64,000 nucleotides of DNA, from NCBI GenBank assembly GCA_030390025.1, contig CM059433.1, positions 7,814,001-7,878,000 of the forward strand, given 5' to 3'. Under the pieces are notes generated by a model. It was given only the letters and a program-made list of their open reading frames with translations, was not told the origin of the DNA and did not search any database. The stretch comes from Squalus acanthias. Taxonomy: Eukaryota. Numbering within the stretch: the first letter of the stretch is position 1; the number at the start of each line of letters is the position of its first letter. Below, piece by piece: positions 10,092-21,181 of the stretch. The position numbers and the translations under genes were made by a program.

Positions 10092-13000
10092 TCAGTGTGA
10101 AGGGTGTTCATTCCACAGGACACTCAGTGTGAAGGGTGTTCATTCCACAGGACACTCACTGTGAAGGGTTTTCATTCCACAGGACACTCAGTGTGAAGGG
10201 TTTTCATTCCACAGGACACTCAGCGTGAAGGGTGTTCATTCCACAGGACACTCAGTGTGAAGGTTGTTCATTCCACAGGACACTCACTGAAAAGGGTGTT
10301 CATTCCACAGGACACTCACTGTGTTCATTCCACAGGACACTCACTGAAAAGTGTGTTCATTCCACAGGACACTCACTGTGAAGGGTGTTCATTCCACAGG
10401 ATACTCACTGTGAAGGGTGTTCATTCCACAGGACACTCAGTGTGAAGGGTGTTCATTCCACAGTATACTCACTGTGAAGGGTGTTCATTCAACAGGACAC
10501 TCAGCGTGAAGGGTGTTCATTCCACAGGACTCTCACTGTGAAGGGTGTTCATTCCACTGGAGACTCAGTGTGAAGGGTGTTCATTCCACAGGACATTCAG
10601 TGTGAAGGGTGTTCATTCCACAGGACACTCAGTGTGAAGGGTGTTCATTCCACAGGACACATAGTGTGAAGCGTGTTCATTCCACAGGACGCTCACTGTG
10701 AAGGGTGTTCATTCCACAGGACACTTAGTGTGAAGGGTGTTCATTCCACAGGACACTCAGTGTGAAGGGTGTTCCTTCCACAGGACACTTAGTGTGAAGG
10801 GTGTTCATTCCACAGGACACTCAGCGTGAAGGGTGTTCATTCCACAGGACACTCAGTGTGAAGGGTGTTCATTCCACAGGACACTCACTGAAAAGGGTGT
10901 TCATTCCACAGGACACTCAGTGTGAAGGGTGTTCCTTCCAGGACACTCAGTGTGAAGGGTGTTCATTCCACAGGACACTCAGTGTGAAGGGTGTTCCTTC
11001 CAGGACACTCAGTGTGAAGGGTGTTCATTCCACAGGACACTCAGTGTGAAGGGTGTTCATTCCACAGGACACTCCGTGTGAAGGGTGTTCATTCCACAGG
11101 ACACTCAGTGTGAAGGGTGTTCATTCCTAGGACACTCAGTGTGAAGGGTGTTCATTCCTAGGACATACAGTGTGAAGGGTGTACATTCCACAGGAGACTC
11201 AGTGTGAAGGGTGTTCATTCCACAGGACACTCAGTGTGAAGGGTGTTCATTCCACAGGACACTCACTGTGAAGGGTGCTCATTCCACAGGACACTCACTG
11301 TGAAGGGTGTTCATTCCACAGGACACTCACTGAAAAGGGTGTTCATTCCACAGGACACTTACTGTGAAGCGTGTTCATTCCACAGGACACTCACTGTGAA
11401 GGGTGTTCATTCCACAGGACACTCAGTGTGAAGGGTGTTCATTCCACAGGACACTCAGTGTGAAGGGTGTTCATTCCACAGGACATTCACTGTGAAGCGT
11501 GTTCATTCCACAGGACACTCAGTGTGAAGCTTCTTCATTCCACAGGACACTCAGTGTGAAGGGTGTTCATTCCACAGGACACTCAGTGTGAAGGGTGTTC
11601 ATTCCACAGGACATTCAGTGTGAAGGGTCATCATTCCACAGGACACTCACTGTGAAGGGTGTTCATTCCACAGGACACTCACTGTGAAGCTTCTTCATTC
11701 CACAGGACACTCAGTGTGAAGGGTGTTCATTCCACAGGACACTCAGTGTGAAGGGTGTTCATTCCACAGGACATTCAGTGTGAAGGGTCATCATTCCACA
11801 GGACACTCACTGTGAAGGGTGTTCATTCCACAGGACACTCACTGTGAAGCGTGTTCATTCCACAGTACACTTACTGTGAAGCGTGTTCATTCCACAGGAC
11901 ATTCACTGAAAAGGGTATTCATTCCACAGGACACTCAGTGTGAAGGGTGATCATTCCACAGGACACTCAGTGTGAAGGGTGTTCATTCCACAGGACACAC
12001 AGTGTGAAGGGTGTTCATTCCACAGGACACTCAGTGTGAAGGGTGTTCATTCCACAGGACACTCACTGTGAAGGGTGTTCATTCCACAGGACACTCACTG
12101 TGAAGCTTCTTCATTCCACAGGACACTCAGTGTGAAGGGTGTTCATTCCACAGGACACTCAGTGTGAAGGCTGTTTATTCCACAGGACACTCAGTGTGAA
12201 GGGTGTTCATTCCACAGGACACTCACTGTGAAGTGTGTTCATTCCACAGGACACTCACTGTGAAGGGTGTTCATTCCACAGGACACTCAGTGTGAAGGGT
12301 GTTCATTCCACAGGACACTCAGTCTGAAGGGTGTTCATTCCACAGGACACTCACTGTGAAGGGTGTTCATTCCACAGGACACTCACTGTGAAGGGTGTTC
12401 ATTCCACAGGACACTCACTGTGAAGCTTCTTCATTCCACAGGACACTCAGTGTGAAGGGTGTTCATTCCACAGGACACTCAGTGTGAAGGCTGTTTATTC
12501 CACAGGACACTCAGTGTGAAGGGTGTTCATTCCACAGGACACTCACTGTGAAGTGTGTTCATTCCACAGGACACTCACTGTGAAGGGTGTTCATTCCACA
12601 GGACACTCAGTGTGAAGGGTGTTCATTCCACAGGACACTCAGTCTGAAGGGTGTTCATTCCACAGGACACTCACTGTGAAGGGTGTTCATTCCACAGGAC
12701 ACTCACTGTGAAGGGTGTTCATTCCACTGGACACTCACTGTGAAGAGTGTTAATTCCACAGGATGCTCACTGTGAAGGGTGTTCATTCCACAGGACACTC
12801 AGCGTGAAGGGTATTCATTCCACAGGACACTCAGTGTGAAGGGTGTTCATTCCACAGGACACTCAGTGTGAAGGGTGTTCATTCCACTGGACACTCAGTG
12901 TGAAGGGTGTTCATTTCACAGGACACTTAGTGTGGAGGGTGTTCATTCCACAGGACACTCAGTGTGAAGGGTGTTCATTCCACAGGACACTCACTGTGAA

Positions 13001-14302
13001 GGGTGTTCATTCCACAGGACACTCACTGTGAAGGGTGTTCATTCCACAGGACACACACTGTGAAGGGTGCTCATTCCACAGGACGCTCACTGTGAAGGGT
13101 GTTCATTCCACAGGACACTCACTGTGAAGGGTGTTCATTCCACAGGACGCTCACTGTGAAGGGTGTTTATTCCACAGGACACTCAGCGTGAAGGGTATTC
13201 ATTCCACAGGACACTCAGCGTGAAGGGTGTTCATTCCACAGGACACTCAGTGTGAAGGGTGTTCATTCCACAGGACACTCAGTGTGAAGGGTGTTCATTC
13301 CACAGGACACTCACTGTGAAGTGTGTTCATTCCACAGGACACTCACTGTGAAGGGTGTTCATTCCACAGGACACTCAGTGTGAAGGGTGTTCATTCCACA
13401 GGACACTCAGTCTGAAGGGTGTTCATTCCACAGGACACTCACTGTGAAGGGTGTTCATTCCACAGGACACTCACTGTGAAGGGTGTTCATTCCACAGGAC
13501 ACTCCGTGTGAAGGGTGTTCATTCCACAGGACACTCAGTGTGAAGGGTGTTCATTCCTAGGACACTCAGTGTGAAGGGTGTTCATTCCTAGGACACACAG
13601 TGTGAAGGGTGTACATTCCACAGGAGACTCAGTGTGAAGGGTGTTCATTCCACAGGACACTCAGTGTGAAGGGTGTTCATTCCACAGGACACTCAGTGTG
13701 AAGGGTGTTCATTTCACAGGACACTGAGTGTGGAGGGTGTTCATTCCACAGGACACTCAGTGTGAAGGGTGTTCATTCCACAGGACACTCAGTGTGAAGG
13801 GTGTTCGTTCCACAGGACACTCAGTGTGAAGGGTGTTCATTCCACAGGGCACTCATTGTGAAGGGTGTTCGTTCCACAGGACACTCAGTGTGAAGGGTGT
13901 TCATTCCACAGGACACTCAGTGTGAAGGGTGTTCATTCCACAGGACACTCAGTGTGAAGGGTGTTCATTCCACAGGACACTCAGTGTGAAGGGTGTTCAT
14001 TCCACAGGACACTCAGTGTGAAGGGTGTTCATTCCACAGGACTTTCACTGTGAAGCGTGTTCATTCCACAGGACACTCAGTGTGGAGGGTGTTCATTACA
14101 TGGACACTCAGTGCGAAGGGTTTTCATTCCACAGGACACTCAGTGTGAAGGGTGTTCATTCCACAGGATACTCAGTGTGAAGGGTGTTCATTCCACAGGA
14201 CACTCAGTGTGAAGGGTGTTCATTCCACAGGACACTCAGTGTGAAGGGTGTTCATTCCACAGGACACTCACTGTGAAGGGTTTTCATTCCACAGGACACT
14301 CA
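10092..14302 (+). repeat. 32-bp satellite array, segment 2 (~131 monomers)
   Basis: Same monomer with many point variants and local 160-bp and 320-bp duplications. Confidence 0.98.
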
Positions 14303-14614
14303 GGGGTAAAAATTCAGTTGGTTGCGCCTCCCGTTAGCGCCTTAATAGGGCGCTAATGGGGCGCAAAGCCGCTAGCGCCCGGGCGCAGCGATGTTTGCGC
14401 CGCTCAGGAACTTAACTAGACATTGTGCGGCGGCGCTAAACCTTACCGCTGCGACCACCTGCGCGCGCAGATTGTGACATCATTCCATGGTGCAACGCCC
14501 TTGTGGCGCCCCGGAGCGGAAATTGAGTGGCGCCCCCTGCCTTACCGCCTGGCGCATCCAACGACCGGAAGACTGGAACGCTATCAATCGCTGTGGGGCT
14601 GGGGGGGGGGGCGC

Positions 14615-14622
14615 TATTTAAA
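14615..14622 (+). promoter_or_regulatory. Putative TATA box of the transposase gene, copy 2
   Basis: TATTTAAA at the same position as in copy 1. Confidence 0.5.
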
Positions 14623-14815
14623 GGGGGCCACTCCTGTCTTTTTCTGTGGTTGACATTTTTGCACCACTTGTTCTGAGAGAGAGAGAGAGATTCGGAGAGA
14701 GAGAAAGAGAGACTTCTGCATTGAGTCAACGCTTTGTGAGGTAGTTTTGCCTACTGATCCTAACTTCGCTGGTACTTTGGTTGCTGTCCTTCATAACTTT
14801 GCTTGCAAAGAGACT

Positions 14816-15976
14816 ATGGGGGCTGCACTGATTGGGGGCGTCGTCCTGCTCCAGCTGAATCGGAGGACACAGAGACGCAGAGAGAGAGTGGCAATGATGG
14901 CCAGACGGAGGAGGGCCAACAGGCGTATGTACAGGAGAGCTTACCCTCCCAGGGTATATCGTGAACAGCTCTCCTACATTCATATGTCTGAGGAGCTGTG
15001 TTTGCGAAGGCTGCGATTCAGCAAGGAGGTGGTCACTGAGCTCTGCCACCTGCTGCAGCCAGATCTGCAGCCTCAACTGAGGTCCAGGACGTCTCTGTCG
15101 GTGGCAGTGAAGGTCACAGTGGCTCTCAACTTCTATGCTACTGGCTCATTTCAAGCTGCTGCTGGGGACCTCGCCAATATCTCCCAGTTCGCGGTGCATT
15201 GCTGCATTCGGCAGGTCACAAATGCCCTCTTTAAAAGGAGACGAGAGTTCATCTCTTTCCCCATGACCCCAGACAAGCAGCGTGACCGCGCTCTGGGCTT
15301 TGCGAGGATAGCGGGCTTCCCCATGGTGCAGGGCGCCATTGACTGCACGCATGTGGCTTTGCGTGCTCCACATGAGAATGCCGAGGAATTCCGGAACAGA
15401 AAGGGGTTCCATTCCTTGAATGTTCAGTTGGTCTGTGACCACAGACAGCTGATACTCGCTGTCAATGCCCACTATCCTGGCAGCTGCCACGATGCTTTCA
15501 TCCTGCGCCAGACTACTGTGGCAGAACTTTTCGAGGCACCGCATCAGCCAGTTGGTTGGCTTCTCGGGGACAATGGGTATCCATTGAGCACCTGGCTGAT
15601 GACACTGCTCCGTACGCCCAACACCCCTGCTGAGCTGCGGTACAACGAGAGCCATCAAGCTACCAGGAACATCATTGAGCGCACAATCGGCGTGCTGAAG
15701 CAACGGTTCCGCTGTCTCGACCATTCTGGAGGAGCCCTGCAGTACTCGCCTGAGCGAGTATCCAACTTCGTAGTTGTGTGCTGCATGTTACATAACATGG
15801 CAATCGTCAGGACCCAGCCAATGCCACCAGGCCTTGGAGCACCACCAGAGGAGGAGGAGGAAGAGGAGGAAGAGGACGAGGAGGATGATCATCAGCAGCA
15901 CCAAGGCGGGAGGGCGGCCCACAATGGCGAAACTGCAAGGTCCGTCCGTCAACGGCTGATAGCAAGCCGCTTCTAG
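14816..15976 (+). CDS. Harbinger DDE transposase (HARBI1-like family), 386 aa, uninterrupted ORF
   Basis: ATG 14816 to TAG 15976. HTH-like region (VKVTVALNFYATGSFQ...ISQFAVHCCIRQV), catalytic D (GAIDCTH), D (GDNGY) and E (IERTIG), C-terminal CCMLHN, acidic tract and R..LI..RF ending. Confidence 0.95.
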   Translation: MGAALIGGVVLLQLNRRTQRRRERVAMMARRRRANRRMYRRAYPPRVYREQLSYIHMSEELCLRRLRFSKEVVTELCHLLQPDLQPQLRSRTSLSVAVKVTVALNFYATGSFQAAAGDLANISQFAVHCCIRQVTNALFKRRREFISFPMTPDKQRDRALGFARIAGFPMVQGAIDCTHVALRAPHENAEEFRNRKGFHSLNVQLVCDHRQLILAVNAHYPGSCHDAFILRQTTVAELFEAPHQPVGWLLGDNGYPLSTWLMTLLRTPNTPAELRYNESHQATRNIIERTIGVLKQRFRCLDHSGGALQYSPERVSNFVVVCCMLHNMAIVRTQPMPPGLGAPPEEEEEEEEEDEEDDHQQHQGGRAAHNGETARSVRQRLIASRF

Positions 15977-16134
15977 GGCCCTGCTGTGGAAATGGCTTCT
16001 GCCATTGCTAACAACATCAATGAACCCAGCACGCAAACCCTAAGCCGGCCAAGGCACCAATGATTCCAAACACCAAACATGTATATTTTGAATACAAAAA
16101 CTTATTTATTTTACAAACTCTGTGTGTGTCATTT

Positions 16135-16372
16135 CATAGAAACATAGAAACATAGAAAATAGGTACAGGAGTAGACCATTCGGTCCTTCGAGCCTGCACC
16201 GCCATTCAATGCGTTCATGGCTGAACATGCTACCTCAGTACCCCATTCCTGCTTTCTCGCCATAGCCCTTGATCCCCTTAGTTGTGAGTGTTATATCTAA
16301 CTTCCCTTTTGAATATATTTAGCGAACTGGCCTCAACAACCTTCTGTGGAAGAGAATTCCATAGATTCACCA
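16135..16372 (-). mobile_element. CR1 3' end: ORF2 C-terminus, 3'UTR and (TTTCTATG)3 tail
   Basis: CATAGAAA x3 from 16135. Minus translation VVNLWNSLPQKVVEASSLNIFKRE matches the CR1 ORF2 C-terminus. Confidence 0.9.
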
Positions 16373-16751
16373 CATTCTGAAGAGGGAGGGTGAACAGCCA
16401 GCTGTCGTGGTGCATGTAGGTACCAACGATATAGGTAAAAAGCGGGAAGAGGTCCTACAAGCAGAATTTAGGGAGCTAGGAGCTAAATTAAAAAGTAGGA
16501 CCTCTAAGGTAGTAATCTCTGGATTGCTACCAGGGCCACGTGCTAATCAGAATAGAGAGAACAGGATAGTGAGATTGAATACGTGGCTTGAGCAGTGGTG
16601 CAGGAGGGAGGGATTCAAATTCCTGAGGCATTGGAACCAGTTCTGGGGGAAGTGGGACCTGTACAAAAGGGACGGTCTGCACTTGGGCAGGACTGGAACC
16701 GATGTCCTCGGGGTAATATTTGCTAAAGCAGCTCGGGAGGATTTAAACTAA
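16373..16751 (+). pseudogene. CR1 ORF1 C-terminal part, SGNH esterase domain (5'-truncated)
   Basis: ILKREGEQPAVVVHVGTND (block III G-x-N-D) and DGLHL (block V DxxH); stop at 16749-16751. Confidence 0.9.
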
Positions 16752-18853
16752 TATGGCAGGGGAATGGGAACCTATGTAGCGAAACAGGGGGAAGTAATAT
16801 GCAGTCAGAAACAAATGTTAGAAGGGTGAGAAACAATAGGGGAAGGCCGAGTAAACAAAGGCAAGAAACACAAAGGGCCATACTAAATCATAAGTCTAAA
16901 AGGACAAAGGATGTTAATAAAACAAGCCTAAAGGCTCTGTGTCTTAATGCAAGGAGTATCCGTAATAAGGTGGATGAATTGACTGTGCAAATAGATGTTA
17001 ACGGATACGATGTGATTGGGATTACAGAGACGTGGCTCCAGAACAATCAAGGCTGGGAACTGAACATCCAGGGGTATTCAACATTCAGAAAGGATAGAAT
17101 AAAAGGAAAAGGGGGTGGGGTAGCATTGCTGGTTAAAGAGGAGATTAATGCAATAGCTAGGAAGGACATCAGCTTGGAGGATGTGGAATCAATATGGGTT
17201 GAGCTGCAGAACACCAAAGGGCAGAAAACGTTAGTGGGAGTTGTGTACAGACCTCCAAACAGCAGTAGTGAGGTGGGGGAGGGTATGAAACAGGAAATCA
17301 GAGGTGCGTGCAAAAAAGGCACGGCAGTTATCATGGGTGACTTTAATATGCATATAGATTGGGCTACTCAAACTGGAAGCAATACGGTGGAGGAGGATTT
17401 CCTGGAGTGTTTAAGGGATGGTTTCCTAAACCAATATGTTGAGGAACCAACTCGAGGGAAGGCCATCCTGGACTGGGTGTTGTGTAATGAGGAGGGACTA
17501 ATCAGCAATCTTGTGGTACGAGGCCCCCTGGGGAAGAGTGACCATAGTATGGTGGAGTTCTACATTAGGATGGAGAAGGAAACAGTTAAGTCAGAGACCA
17601 TGGTCCAGAACTTAAATAAGGGCAACTTTGAGGGTATGAGGCGTGAATTGGCGAGGTTAAATTGGCAAGCGATATTTAAGGGGCTATCAGTGGAAGGGCA
17701 ATGGCAGACATTTAGAGATCGCATGGATGAACTACAACAATTGTACATCCCGGTCTGGCGTAAAAATAAAAAAGGGAAGGTGGCTCAACCATGGCTAACA
17801 AGGGAAATCAGGGATAGTATTAAAACCAAGGAAGTTGCATACAAATTGGCCAGAAGTAGCAGCAAACCCGGGGACTGGGAGAACTTCAAAACTCAGCAGA
17901 GGAGGACGAAGGGTTTGATTAGGGCAGGGAAAATAAAATATGAAAGGAAGCTTGCAGAGAACATTAAAATGGACTGCAAAAGTTTCTATAAATATGTAAA
18001 AAGAAAGAGGTTAGTAAAAACAAACGTAGGTCTCCTGCAGTCGGAAACAGGGGAAGTCGTAATGGGGAACAAGGAAATGGCAATCAATTGAACAAGTACT
18101 TTGGTTCGGTGTTTACTGTGGAGGACACACACAACCTGCCGGAAATAAAAGGGGTCAGAGGATCTGGTAAGAGGGAGGAGCTGAGGGAAATCCTTATTAG
18201 TCGGGAAAAGGTATTGGGGAAATTGATGGGACTGAAGGCTGAAAAATCCCCGGGGCCTGATGGTCTGCATCCCAGAGTACTTAAGGAGGTGGCCTTGGAA
18301 ATAGTGGATGCATTGACGATCATTTTCCAACATTCCTTAGACTCTGGATCAGTTCCGATGGAGTGGAGGGTGGCCAATGTAACCCCTCTTTTTAAAAAAG
18401 GAGGGAGGGAGAAAGCAGGGAATTATAGACCGGTCAGCCTGACATCGGTCGTGGGTAAAATGATGGAAGCAATTATTAAAGATGTCATAACAGACCATTT
18501 GGAAAGTGGCGACATGATAGGTCCAAGTCAGCATGGATTTGTGAAAGGGAAATCATGCTTGACAAATCTTCTGGAATTTTTTGAGGATGTTTCCAATAGG
18601 GTGGACAGGGGGGAACCAGTAGATGTGGTGTATTTGGACTTTCAGAAGGCCTTCGACAAGGTCCCACACAAGAGATTGGTGAGCAAAGTTAAAGCACATG
18701 GGATTGGGGGTAATGTGTTGACGTGGATTGAGAACTGGTTGGCACACAGGAAACAAAGAGTAGGAGTAAATGGGTACTTTTCAGAATGGCAGGCAGTGAC
18801 CAGTGGGGTACCGCAGGGTTCGGTGCTGGGACCCCAGCTGTTTACATTACATT
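16742..18853 (+). pseudogene. CR1 ORF2: APE endonuclease plus N-terminal part of reverse transcriptase (one frameshift, 3'-truncated)
   Basis: APE motifs NARSI, ITETW, VYRPP, MGDFN, LDWVL and SDH. RT motifs KSPGPDG, NYRPVSLTS, QHGF, LDFQKAFDKV and GVPQGSVLGP. Frameshift near 18082-18090. Ends before the catalytic YxDD-equivalent motif. First ATG at 16799; the frame is open from 16727. Confidence 0.93.
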
Positions 18854-19006
18854 CCTCATGACAAACTCATAGAAATAAACACAAAAAAACAGTCATTAAC
18901 ACAACTGGTTCTCACAACCTGGAGATAATGTCCAAAACACTAGACAAAAGTTGGACCACGAACCTCGGCCTTTAATAAAAAATTGACCAGCATTTTGTCA
19001 AACCTC

Positions 19007-20822
19007 CTACTTTTTGCCCTTCGAGGGTGATCTCCTTCCCTTGCGCACTTCCCCCCTTCTAACCCTACTGCTCCTCCGTAATGGGACCTCAGTGGCTGCA
19101 GCAAGGCTGGTGGAAGGCTGCTGATCGTTAGACCCTGACACTGCAGATGCCCCTGAAGGACGGCCTCGACCAGTTCTGGGCCTGGAGGGCCCGGCTGCAG
19201 ACTGCACCAACTCTGCATGGGCGGCAGCAGTCTGTCCTACAGGCGGTGGCAAGTGCATTGGAGAAGTGACAGTGTTGGCAGCAGGAATGCTGTCATCGTG
19301 AGAGAGGACAGCAACTCCCTGCTCGCCCGACACACTGGCACTCCCACGGGGCAGCACTTCAGCATCCGGAGCAATCTGCTGGAGCACAGATTGCTGGCCT
19401 GCTGCGGCGCGGTGAGAGCCCCGGGGACATGTGAACGAACCATCGAGGTTGGCAGCAGTCAGTGCTCGCGTGGCCTCAATCTGAGTCTGCATGAGAGCAG
19501 TCAGAGATGGGATCACGGCAGTCAGTGACTGAATTGCAGCACTAAGCGTTAGTGTGGCATCCGCCTGTGCTACAGCGAAATGCTCCACACTCCTTGCCAG
19601 TGACTCAATGCATTCGGGCACCCTTCCCACTGCACCCATGAGCTCAGTGTGCATGCCCACCGCCTGGGTGTTCATTTCTGCGATCAGCCGCTCCTCCTCT
19701 GCGTCCATTGCAGTAGGAGTCGCTGGCATACTCTCCCTCTGGGGAGAAGGCCCCCGTTCTTCCCTACCCCCATGGCGTTGCTGCAGCCCACTGGGTCCTG
19801 GAGCTTCACCCTCATCAGACCCTTCCCCCCTGCTCCCCTCCAGGGAAGGCATGTTCCCAGTGTGCGCATGGGCTTCCTCGGGAGAGGGTGGCACTGATGC
19901 TCCGGCTTCCTCTTCTCGGCTGCAGCTTCACTCCCACTGGCAGCTTCAGGGCCCGTCTCCTCAGCTGGTGAATCACCATCTGAAAGCAGGGAGGTACAAG
20001 AGTGGCTTTAGCGTGAGGACAGGGTGGCAGTAAGGGAGGAATAAGTGCAGCGAGTTAGCAAGTTGGATTGAAAGTGTCAAAGGCTGGTGTTGTGAGGGAC
20101 AAGTGGAAGGACAGAGGACAAAAAGGTGATGACCTTACCATTGCTGTCCAGAACGGGGTAGGCGTCTCCAGTGGCGACGGGACCGATCACCCGGCTTGCC
20201 ACAATCCTGTGGACGCGCTCCTCAAGATCGCTGAGGGGTTGCAGCTGAGGCCGCCCTCCACCTGTCCGTTGCTGCTGTCTCCTATTATGCGCCAGCTTGG
20301 CCTGCAAGAAAAAGGACAGCATCTGAGTAAATATACAGCCATGGTCTTGCCTGATGTGCCTCCCATAGGTGAATAGCCCTTACTGTATACAGCCATGGTC
20401 TTGACTGATGTGCCTCCCATAGGTGAATAGCCCTTACTGTATGCAAAGTGTGGAATGTGTGTGTGTGTTTCATGAAAGGGCCATAGGTGTTGGATGAGTG
20501 TTGTGCATTGGGGTTTTAAGACCCTCTGGCCATAGAGTGAGGTTGAGATGGAGGGATGGAGAGGTATTGAGAAAAAGCCACTCACCCTGACGACCCGAGT
20601 GAGGTCGTTGAACTTTTTGCGGCATTGAACATGGGTCCTGGGCACCATGCTCCTGGAGGAGATGCTCTGAGCCACCTCCCTCCACACTCTTCTGTACTCG
20701 CGTGGCAAAGGCCTCCTGCCACTCTCAGGGAAGAGTATACATCTTCTGCGCTCCACCGCGCCAACCAGAGCATCCAAGGCCCGCTCGGTGAAGCGCTGAG
20801 CTCGTTCTCTCACCCTCTCCAT
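19007..20822 (-). pseudogene. Harbinger Myb/SANT-like DNA-binding protein gene, copy 2 (3 exons, probable 1-nt frameshift in exon 3)
   Basis: Exon 1 20822-20586 (MERVRERAQRFTERALDALV...VWREVAQ...RTHVQCRKKFNDL, donor GTGAGT). Exon 2 20301-20139 (AKLAHNRRQQQRTGGG, acceptor TTGCAG, donor GTAAGG). Exon 3 19979-19007 (acceptor TTTCAG; helical middle, basic C-terminus RRSSRVRRG). Confidence 0.85.
20332..20439. repeat. 54-bp tandem duplication in Myb intron 1, copy 2
   Basis: Same duplication as 9242-9349, including the same single mismatch. Confidence 0.95.
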
Positions 20823-21181
20823 CCTTGGCAGCAAAATGGATTCACAGGTCTCTCCAGACCGAGATTCAAGGCTGCAATGAGCAGGGTGTGGCTAGGGAGC
20901 AAGTTGGCCCCCCCCGCTTTAAGAACTGGCCGGCGCCAGTGTGTCTGTGTTCCCTCGCTAACTGGCAGCACCTGCGCTGCGCTCGCGTGCTGAGTTAGCG
21001 CCTCACTGCTCGGCCTTTGCGCCTTAAGACAGGTGTGCAGCGCCTGATTTAGCGCTCCACTCACCTCCCGGGGCGGTAAAAGTGAAGTTTCCAGTCAGTG
21101 GCGATAATTAGCGCCAGGCGCTAATATTTGCGTCCAGACGATATTTGCGCCCCAAACGGGGCGCGACCTAATTTTTCCCCC

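Larger units (their letters stand above)
16121..18860. mobile_element. CR1-clade LINE insertion nested in the Harbinger, with internal inversion
   Basis: Flanked by ACAAACTC at 16113-16120 and 18861-18868 (probable TSD). A minus-strand 3' end is joined near 16372 to a plus-strand ORF1-ORF2 segment. Confidence 0.88.
14303..21181 (+). mobile_element. PIF/Harbinger DNA transposon, copy 2 (6879 bp including a nested CR1; ~4.1 kb without it)
   Basis: TIRs at 14303-14314 and 21170-21181. TSD TCA at 14300-14302 and 21182-21184. Full transposase ORF plus convergent Myb/SANT gene. Confidence 0.96.

Noticed and set aside
14816..15976. Domesticated host gene HARBI1 (with NAIF1/MSANTD partner)
   Set aside because: The ORF lies inside TIRs with a TSD and has a near-identical second copy, so it is a transposon gene.
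16373..18853. A novel Harbinger carrying esterase and RT as cargo genes
   Set aside because: The segment is a truncated, frameshifted CR1 with a tail and probable TSD, best explained as a nested insertion.
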